Shown piece by piece: positions 11,337 through 20,043 of a stretch of 64,000 nucleotides of DNA. The notes beneath the pieces are model-generated. The model worked only from the letters and a program-made list of their open reading frames with translations. It searched no databases and was not told the DNA's origin. Location: NCBI RefSeq assembly GCF_963921235.1, contig NC_086097.1, positions 48,982,001-49,046,000 of the forward strand. Direction: 5' to 3'. Both the position numbers and the translations under genes were made by a program. Within the stretch, counting starts at the first letter, position 1. Every line of letters starts with the position of its first letter. Source of the DNA: Mobula hypostoma. Its lineage: Eukaryota.

Positions 11337-11740
11337 CTAGTGCCTTGATGGTATGCCAATCCAACTGGATTTTCCTGAGCCATTCACATTCCAGCAATGG
11401 TGGTCTCCATTTTTCAGTACATAGAGGTTCAGCTGCTGTGTTTTGTCTCTGTAGGTCACTGTCACTTTAATTTTACCTTTGGGATGCACTTTCTGTCCTG
11501 TGTAAATCTTTAGTAGTAGTTTAGTTCGTTTCAGAGGCATGTGAGAAAACAGTTGTTTGTAGTCGTGTTCGGAGATCACTGTTAAAGCTGAGCCTGTGTC
11601 CAACTCCATTTTCAGTCTCACGCCCGCCACTTGTGGAGTGATCCATATTACTCTTCGATCATCTGTCTCTTTCATGCTGTGAAGTTGCCGACAAGACAAG
11701 ACAGCTCATTTTTGTCGGAGTCGTTTTCACCATATTCGTT
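11337..11740 (-). pseudogene. Gypsy retropepsin (aspartic protease) region
   Basis: [49 protein letters not shown], then a 1-nt frameshift near 11405 to [14 protein letters not shown]. Confidence 0.9.
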
Positions 11741-11969
11741 TTGGAATATGCTACAAATAAAATGTCACTGAACAGAAATGAAGGAAAGAAATGTTACTGT
11801 TGTGGGAACAGGACACATGACCCGGATGACTGTTGGTTTAAAGACAAAAAATGCCGAAACTGTGGCAGACAGGGCCATATTGGCAAAGTATGCAAAGCTA
11901 GTAAACAGCAGAAAAAGGGCAAAATACAGAGAAACAAGAAACCCCAGAAAGGAAAATACAACAAGGTAC
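11741..11969 (+). pseudogene. Gypsy gag double zinc knuckle, inverted relative to the rest of the element
   Basis: CYCCGNRTHDPDDCWFKDKKCRNCGRQGHIGKVC (CCHC x2) on the plus strand, while the protease is on the minus strand. Confidence 0.85.
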
Positions 11970-12122
11970 AGCACTTTTTGTGTATTTCTCCCTTTTGCCT
12001 ATTTGGAGTACTGCTCCGGACTCATCTGCAGGACACCTACAAATTCTCCAGAGCACATGAATCCCTGACTTACAGTATGACCAGCCCATACATATGAACA
12101 AGCATTTGGGAGACCAGCAGAA

Positions 12123-12350
12123 TGGATTTGCCAGCTGTTTCTGTGGGTGGGAATTTGTAACTTGAGAAGTTTTCTAAAGGTGGACATGTGACCATGTATC
12201 AAATTCCCACCCACAGAAACAGCTGGCAAATCCAAGTCCTCCACAGGTTCCACCCCTGTGAATTGTCTGCAACTTGAGAAGTTTTCTAAAGGTGGACATG
12301 TGACCATGTATCAGACAATTCACAGGAGTGGAACCTGTGGAGGACTTGGA
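12123..12350. repeat. Two adjacent hairpins (35- and 39-bp stems) with a shared 42-nt loop
   Basis: 12123-12157 and 12200-12234 are a perfect inverted repeat. 12231-12269 and 12312-12350 have one mismatch. Loops 12158-12199 and 12270-12311 are identical except for the first base. Confidence 0.95.
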
Positions 12351-13899
12351 ATGGGAAATCTATGGCTTGGGATGTGAAGGGGGATGGGTGGGGAGAGATG
12401 GCCTGGGGGCTAGGACAATTTCAGAGTATAAACATAAATTGCCAGATGACACTGACAGAGGAAAATAAAATTAAATATAATAAAACCACCCTACCTGTAG
12501 AATCATCTGTCTCTTTATGTAAATAGCACAGGCTGGGAGTGTCTTTTTAAGTAGGTTACACTTGTACTTCTGTTATTAATGTCATTGTAAGTACTCATTT
12601 CAACTCTATGTTGTATGAAAATATAAACGTAACATAAATTTAGTCAATGAGATGCTCTTTGTTGTTGTTAGTAATGCTTGATAAATTCATTGAACTAGGA
12701 AAGCGTTCTGGTTGCTTTCAGTAAATTAATGTTTGTGTTTTTGCTCATGTTCACTGAATGAAGGTAAATACTTGTAGTCCCTGCTGCAACCACTGCTGGT
12801 CATGTAAGTCAAGTGAGTTTGCCAATTTTGTCAGATGTGTTTAATTTGCTACGCTCACATCTCTCCGTACTGTGTCAACACTGTCATATGTATGAATCAT
12901 TCCAACAGAGAAATGTGTCAACCCATGCTTCAGGTACTTTTTTGTGATATTTATTAATCTAAAATTTAAGCCCACAGATGAACAGATTAAATACTTTTCT
13001 GATTTTGTTTCTGTTTCAGCAGATAATGGATAAAAAATCCTTTTGTCCTTCGCTTTTCATTTCCATTTCACGATGTGAAATGTGAATGAGAGCCATAATA
13101 GCTTTCCTAATAAGGAACTATTTTGTTAGGAATGAAAAAAGGGCAGAAATCTTGAATTGTTATGCCACCTTTAAAGGCATCCTAAAAATTCTTAACTGCC
13201 AAGGAAGTGTCCTAAGTTTTGTTTGGGACTTGACAGCCAATTTACACATTTTAGACATGTGGGTTGTGGGATATGTATTGTCAAGGACAGGCAATCTATT
13301 ACTGTATCTACTGGTAGAGATTTTAAAAGAGAGAACAGCTTTATTTTGGATTCAGACAGTATGATGGTGGCTGTTTATTTTAAAGAAAAGTATTAGATTT
13401 AGGTTTTTTTAACTTTCTTTAGGATTAACAATTATAAAATCATCAACAATGTGTGTAAATGTATATATTATATTTTAAGGAAATAATCCACATGAAAACA
13501 GAATGATAAAAGTGCTTACTTCCTGGAGGAGCTGCCAATTAGTTTTCCACCCCTACTTTTCACTCAGCCAGGTATTTCACTTTGAAATCTAAATCTGATC
13601 CCCTTTATTTAAACCTGCTATTGGATCTGCTTGAACCTTTTTAATAGCCAGGTAACACTTTTAAGAAATTGACAGAGGAAAGGAGGTTAACAGATTAGTG
13701 GATGAAATTAGAGGCCCGAAATCTTAGTGAGTGGAAGACATGGACTGGGATTGGTGGGAGTTAGATTGGACCTGGTAGCCAGTGGATAGCTATAGGAAAA
13801 GGTTTACAAGGGATTAAAACAAACAAAAATAAATGCAAACAGGGCACTGAGTAGTTTAACCCTAACCCGAACCTAGATGATCAACAAGATGCTGATCAT

Positions 13900-14600
13900 G
13901 ATGATCATCAAGAGAATGGAGGGCAGCAAGGACTGGCCTTGAAGTTAAACATTTGTGGTAGGAAGTGGAATCAGCTAGAAACAGAGAGAGGGATTCTCTC
14001 TTGCAGAATATGGTAATTTTTAAGAATAATGCAACAGCAAAATGGACCAGGTTGCGAAGGAGGGAACCATTCCATGCTCATGATTGAAATGGAGGTGAGA
14101 AACCTTTGGCAGTAGCATCCTGCTGGAAATGGGAGAACAAACCCATTGAATGTAAAGACTGCTGGAGTAGAAGACAGATATAAAGGGAGAATTTTGGTTT
14201 TGGGATTAACTGAGAAATAGTGTTCTGGAAAGTAGGGCAGAATCAGCTAAAGATATGCTTAACAGAGGAAAGGAATCCTTGTCTCAAAAAAAATTGGGAG
14301 AATGATCTGAGATGTGGAACCATTAGAGAGGATGTGACTGATGGGGAAGCTGGGAGATAGAAGTGAGAACCTCAAAGGAGGAAGGTTGTAGGAAATAATA
14401 TTCAGATACAGTAGCTATGGGAGTTGATGAGTTTGGATTAGATATTGCACAGTTTTTCTACGGAAATAGTATAATGTTAGTTGAGTATGTGAAAGGGCAA
14501 ATGGGAGGTAAACCAAATGAATATCGGCAGATGTTGAAAGCAAAGTTTACATTTTCAAAACCATGGAGAAAGTACAAGTTGCACTCTCAGATTATTGATG
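13900..14600 (-). mobile_element. Highly decayed Penelope-like RT/linker remnant
   Basis: gtagctatgggagttgatgagtttggattagatattg (~14411-14447) reads on the minus strand like the PLE motif YKPTDSHSYL. The purine-rich plus strand is typical of these elements. Confidence 0.45.
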
Positions 14601-16020
14601 TACAACAGTGTGTAACAGAAAATGAGGTGCAACATCGAGGTACGATCACGTTAGACCCAGGGTGAGCTATCCAATTGGATATGATTGGCTTGGTGATAGG
14701 AGATGAATGGTGGTAGTGGGGGTGGGGAGTCATCTTTCAGTGACCATTGATGTGCTGCAAGGATCTGTGTTGGATGCACTGTTGTTTGCCTTTTATACTA
14801 ACAATCTGGATAAGAAAGTATGTGGCATGTGTGGTGTATTTAATATTCAATAATATTTGAGTAATATTGTAAATATATTGCTTGATTAAGCATTCTTTGT
14901 TTTTACATAATATTATAGTTTATATGCAATAGTGTGTGAATGGCATATGTGATTTTGTCATATGTGCCAGTCTCACTGAAGTAAAATTAAACATACATAC
15001 TTTCTCGCACTCCTGTGTTTTTTCTTTTGAATAGTTTTTGGAATTACAAAACATAGCAGTGGCAATGAGTAAGTTTTAAAACAAACCTGGGACGACTTGC
15101 TGCCTGTTGAGAAGCAGCAAGATGTTAGAGTTTAAAAAAACCACAGTGCATTTTTTCTTTGAAAGGGGAGACAGAGAGAGAGACAGAAAGAGAGAGAAAG
15201 CAATGTTAGAGTTAAAAAAGAGCATCAAGTTTTTTTCTTTCTTCACAAGGGGAGAAAGATGGTTGAGTTTTTTTAAAAAAGGCAAAAAAAGGATGAAATT
15301 CGCAGGTCCATAAACTTTGAGTACTGAGTGATAATAATAATAAGTTTTAAAAAGCAAAAATGATTGGCTACATGGGAAAGATAGATACTTTTGTTTACAC
15401 GTGATAATTCAGTAATATATACTGAACAAATTAAGCCGTACATTATAGCAAATGAAACAGCCAATGAGAAACAAGTGCCAGATTTTCTGGGTGTGATTGG
15501 TGGAAGAGCATACAGTTGGCTTAGAAATTTGACTGATCCAACCAAACCAGCTGAAATGAGCTTTGCTGATACCATGAACATAATGCAGGAACATTTAGAT
15601 CTGAAGCCGTTGTTAACTGAAGAATGCTTTAAGTTTCATAAATGGAATCAAAAGGAAGGGGAGTCAATTTCAGCATACCTGGCTGAACGGAAGAAATTAT
15701 TTGAGCATTATGAATTCAAAGATGCACTAACAGATCATTTTGTTGTGGAATCTTACAAGAAAGCATACAAAAATGGCTCCTAACTGAAGCACAGATCACA
15801 TTTAAAAGAGCTGTTGAAGTCACCGCAGCAGCAGAGACACAAATGATTTGCAGTCAGAAATGAAAGTGAGCGTGAACAAAATTGCAACATCTCAACAGAA
15901 AGCTGCTTGGCTGAACAAATTGTGTTAAAGTTGTGGCAGATGCTCACATACAACAGAGCAATGAAGGCTTAAAGGCCAAACTTGCAGAAAACGCAACAAA
16001 ATAAGACATATACAAAGAGC

Positions 16021-16133
16021 ATCAAAATCAGGTTTAATGTCATCAACATACGTCGTGAAATTTGTTGTCTTTGCAGCAGCAGTATAATGCAAAGCATAAT
16101 AATAGAAAAAAAACGTTGAATTACAATAAGTAT
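16021..16133 (-). mobile_element. Rex1/Babar-like LINE 3' tail fragment
   Basis: atcaaaatcaggtttaat...gtgaaatttgttg matches the reverse complement of the tail at ~60835-60897. Confidence 0.6.
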
Positions 16134-17250
16134 ATAAAAAGTATTCACCCCCCTTGGAATTTTCATGTTTTATTGTTTTACAACATTGAATCACAATGGA
16201 TTTCATTTGGCTTTTCTCAACGCTGATCAACAGAAAAAGACTCTTTCGTGTCAAAATGAAAACCGATCGCTACAGTGATCTAAGTTAATTACAAATATAA
16301 AACACAAAATATTCTGCTAAATATTCACCCTTTTCAAGTCAGTATTTAGTAGATGCACCTTTGGCAGCAATTTCAACCTTGAGTCTGTGTGGATAGGTCT
16401 CTAGCAGCCTTGCACATTTGGACATTGCAATTTTTCCCTGTTCTTCTTTACAAAACTGCTCAAGCTCTGGCAAATTGCATGGGAATCGTTACTGAACATC
16501 CTTTTTCAAGTTTGGTCACAAATTCTCAATTGAATTGAGGTCGGGGCTCTGGCTTGTCCACTCCAGGACATTAACTTTGTTGTTTTTAAGCCATTTCTAT
16601 GTAGCTTTGGCTTTATGCTTGGGGTCATGTCTTGCTGAAAACCAAGTCTTCTCCCAAGTTTCATTATCTCTTGCAGACTGCATCAGGTTTTCTTCCAGTA
16701 TTTCCCTGTATTTTGCTGCATTAATTTTACCCTCTACCTTCACAAGCCTTCCAGGGCCTGCTGCAATGAAGCATCCCCACAGCATGATACAGCCACCACC
16801 ATGCTTCACGGTAGGGATGGTGTGTTTTGATGATATGCTGTGTTTCGCTTCCGCCAAACATAGTGTTTAGTCTGACAGCCAAAAAGCGCAATTTTGGTTT
16901 CATCAGACCATAGAATGATCTTCCTGTTGATTTCAGCCTCACGCAAACTCTAACCAAGATTTTTTGTGAGTTTTGTTTTCAACAGTGGCTTTCTCTTTTG
17001 CACTCTCCCATATAGCTGTAATTGGTGAAGCACCTGGGCAACAGTTGTTGTATGCGCAATCTCTCCTATCTCAGCCACTGAAGCTTAGAACTCCTCCAGA
17101 GATGTCGTAGTTCTCTTAGTGGCCTCCCTCACTAGTTCCTTAGTTACTCAGATTTTGAGGACGGCCTGCTCTAGGCAGATTTTACAGTTGTGCAATGTTC
17201 TTTCCATTTCTTGATGATTGACTTAACTGTACTCCAAGCGATATTCAGTG
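16134..17250 (-). mobile_element. Tc1-like (IR/DR type) transposon remnant
   Basis: Terminal aaaaagtattcaccccc with an internal direct repeat aatattcaccc. Transposase fragments PTVKHGGGCIMLWGCF.AAGPGRLVKVEGKINAAKYREILEENL and DPKHKAKAT. Confidence 0.9.
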
Positions 17251-17462
17251 ACATGCCGGACATCCAGGCATGATCAAAATAAAAGTGCTGGCTTGAAGCT
17301 TTGTCTGGTGGCCTGAGGTAAATCAGCAGATCGAGCAGCTTGCCATGCACTGTTCAGGATGCCAATATGTCCAGAAGAAAGGTGTCCAGATCTGTCAGTA
17401 TCATTTCCTGCAGTCCCAGAGTCAACTCCTACAACCACTACAAAGGAGACCCCAAAACTTGA

Positions 17463-17685
17463 ACAACAGGAATTCTGCAGATGCTGGAAATTCAAGCAAC
17501 ACACATCAAAGTTGCTGGTGAACGCAGCAGGCCAAGCAGCATCTATAGGAAGAGGCGCAGTCGACGTTTCAGGCCGAGACCCTTCGTCAGTCCTGACGAA
17601 GGGTCTCGGCCTGAAACGTCGACTGCGCCTCTTCCTATAGATGCTGCTTGGCCTGCTGCGTTCACCAGCAACTTTGATGTGTGTT
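17463..17685. mobile_element. Penelope-like terminal repeat insertion forming a perfect palindrome, with 13-bp TSD
   Basis: Arms 17498-17590 and 17593-17685 are exact reverse complements. ccccaaaacttga is duplicated at 17450-17462 and 17686-17698. Confidence 0.92.
17588..17625 (+). ncRNA. Minimal type I hammerhead ribozyme motif (PLE-associated)
   Basis: cagtc CTGACGA a gggt-ctcg-gcct GAAA cg TC gactg: stem I cagtc/gactg, conserved core CUGANGA and GAAA, palindromic ACGU stem III, GUC cleavage triplet ending at 17620. Confidence 0.8.
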
Positions 17686-18837
17686 CCCCAAAACTTGAGA
17701 TTGTTTCACAGCCACAATTCTCCCCTGCCAAGAAGAGTGATACATCTTGTCAGGAAAGATGTTATCCCACAAGAATAAGAATTCTTTAAACCAAGCATCA
17801 TTACTGTGGTCACACTATGGGCACATTAAATGTTTAGGCCTGAATTGGACGATTTAAAATTTATTGTGCTGTGGATGTTTATATAGTAGTTGTGTTGTAT
17901 TATTATATACATGTCCAGCGAGCAATACAGTACATATTTGAGCTGAGATGCATGCTATATTAAATTGGAGTTTATAGGTAAGCAGGGAGTAGTGTGTAGT
18001 GTGTATATTTAATATTTCAGTAATATTTGAGTAATATTGTAAATATTTTGTTTGATTAAGCATTCTTGTTGTTTACATAATTCATTACAGGTTATATGTA
18101 AAAGTACATGAATGGCATACGTCATTACATCACCACATCAAATGTGCGCACCTCACTAAAGGAAAACTAAGCGTACATGACTCCCGGGTTCCTATGTTTT
18201 ACTTTCGATTAGTTTTTAGAGTTACAAGACATAACAGCATGGTTAGTAGGTTTGTGGGTGACACCAAAATTGGGGGAATAGAGGACATTAAAGGAGGTTG
18301 TCTAAGATCTAGATCAACTGGGAATTTAGCCAAGGAATGGTAGATGAAATTTAACTTGGACAAGTGTGGTGTTGTATTTTCGGAAATTAAATCAGAGCAA
18401 ATTGTAGAAAGTGGTGTAGAACAGAGATTTTTAAGGGTACAAGTCCATTATTCCCTGAGAGAGGTGAGATAGTTAGACAGGATAGTGAAGAAGGCATTTG
18501 GTCAGGGCAGTGAGTACAAGAGTTGGGATGTCATGTTTTAGCTGAGCAAACTGTTATTGAGACTGTATGTGGAGTGTTGTGTGCAGTTCGGATTGCCTCA
18601 CTGTCATTATGATGGTGTTAAACTGAAAAGGGGACAGCAAAGATTCTTAAGGATATTGCCAAGACTGGGTGGCTTGAATTAAATAGGGAGACTGGATAGG
18701 CTGGGCATAAACTGAGGGATGATCTAATAGAGCTTTAGAAAATTATGAGGGCCATAGACAAAGAGGATGGTCTCAGTCATTTTCCCTGCTGTAAGAATTC
18801 TAAAACTGGAGAGGGGAAAGATTTAGAGAAATTCGTA

Positions 18838-19753
18838 CTTTAAAATGGAGGCTCGTTCAGTCGCAGTGGCTTCTAAGGGGTCAACCAAAGGTGTTATTGT
18901 CTTTTTTTAACATATTTTATACAGTCGCAAGACTTTGCTGGACATTAAGAACTTAACGTACTGTAGGTCTACCTCAACAGTGAGCTACTCGTTGGCAGAG
19001 AAATTGAAAGAGTTGGGGTCTCGGCCCGAAACATCAACTGTACTCTTCCATAAATGCTGCCTGGCCTGCTGAGTTCCTCCAGAATTGTGTGTGTGTTGCT
19101 TGAATTTCCAGCATCTGCAGATCTCCTCTTGTTTCTGAAGGAGTTAGGCTTGCTGTGGATTGTGCTACTGCCTGCGTCAGAGAGGCATCAGAGGAGTCAG
19201 TGCGCGAAGGTGGAGTGCAATCTAACAGCGAGTGATCGTCTTAGTTGCATTCCTTGTGATCGCAAAACCCTGTTGGATATTGTTAATGTGGAATGCTGCA
19301 AGTCCGATTCACTGATTCGTTGGCAGGCAGCATGGACAGATGTCAGAGGAGCTGCATGAGCTCAGTAATAGCGAAGGCAAGAACTCAGGCCGCGGTGTCA
19401 CGTGTTTACGACCACCCAGGAGAGAGGCATCAAAATCGGTGCAGCCCACATGAGGTGATGCAGTGCAGCGTCCAAGCTGGAGTTGATGCTGCCCCCAGTG
19501 TTCACTCAGCAGAAGACCAGCTGTATTGTGGTCAACTGCAGGCTGCTGCAACATTCATGGACTCTAGGACTTGGACTATTATTTTTTTGTGTGTCTGTAT
19601 TTTACTGATACCTTTTATGTGCTGTATGTGCCTCGTGCTGTGTGTGACTGTTCGAAATCTGTTTTGTACCTTGTCCATGGAGTAATGCTGTTTATTTAGC
19701 TAGATTTATGGGTATTCATGTATAGTTGAATGACAATTAAACTTGAACTTAAA
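18838..19753 (+). mobile_element. Non-autonomous LINE-like/SINE-like element (copy 2) with a PLE insertion
   Basis: Homologous to 2565-4246. Ends ...gttgaatgacaattaaacttgaactt; possible agagaa TSD. Confidence 0.65.
19015..19135 (+). mobile_element. Short PLE 3' end
   Basis: gggtctcggcccgaaacatcaactg...gctgcctggcctgctgagttcctccag...ttccagcatctgcag, flanked by tgaaagagtt / tgaaggagtt (near-TSD). Confidence 0.8.
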
Positions 19754-19825
19754 CCTTACAGAGAATCTGAGGGGCAACTTCTTCACACAAAGGGTCGTGG
19801 TTATGAGGAACAAGCTGCAGAAGAC

Positions 19826-20043
19826 TGACATCCTCTGCACCACAGTTCCCGAGGAGATGTTGGATTGTGTAGCAGGAGAGAGTTCAAAAGAAACCAGCGG
19901 GGGCAGTCGAGTCATTCTGCATGCCACAGTTCCCAAGGAGATGGTGGGCTGCATAGCAGGAGAGAGAGGTCAAAAAAAGCGAGTGGGAGCAATCAGGATA
20001 TTCTGACTGCCACACTTCCTGAGGAGATGTTGGATTGTGTATA
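19826..20043 (+). repeat. ~85-bp tandem repeat (about 2.5 units) at the CR1 5' end
   Basis: ccacagttcccgaggagatgttggattgtg-like unit starts at ~19840, ~19924 and ~20010. Confidence 0.8.

Larger units (their letters stand above)
6789..11969 (-). mobile_element. Defective Gypsy LTR retrotransposon carrying captured host mRNAs (SUDS3, RNF213)
   Basis: On the minus strand, in order: gag zinc knuckles (inverted, 11741-11969), aspartic protease (ELDTGSA, 11337-11699), captured mRNAs, pol C-terminus DRCYPERQRRP..RLEL* (8855-8796), polypurine tract aaaaggggtggag (8601-8589) and 3' LTR. No 5' LTR found. Confidence 0.85.
14828..18236 (+). mobile_element. Gypsy LTR retrotransposon with two LTRs and deleted pol
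   Basis: Similar LTRs at ~14828-15058 and ~17993-18236 (taatatttgagtaatattgtaaatat..tgattaagcattctt). Decayed primer-binding site gtggcaatgag; gag 15361-15783 (GGRAYSWLRNL..PTKPAE..FKFHKWNQKEGESISAYLAE); integrase zinc domain HAGHPGM..WWP..CSGCQ at ~17252-17365; ERCYPTR pol end; polypurine tract aagcagggagtag; probable GCAT TSD. Confidence 0.85.
14660..19820 (+). mobile_element. Old CR1 RT fragment interrupted by a Gypsy element (14828-18236) and a non-autonomous element (18838-19753)
   Basis: CR1-like text (caaggatctgtgttgg..., ggttagtaggtttgtgggtgacaccaaaattgg, tgtgtgcagttc, ggggcaacttcttcacacaaagggt) resumes after each insertion. Confidence 0.7.

Noticed and set aside
12123..12350. CRISPR-like repeat-spacer array or parvoviral terminal hairpin
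   Set aside because: Only two repeat units, a vertebrate context and no cas or Rep/capsid remnants; duplication plus inversion explains the pattern.
13856..13912. Telomere-like taaccctaaccc and short gatgatca repeats
   Set aside because: Only about two units each, compatible with chance or local slippage.
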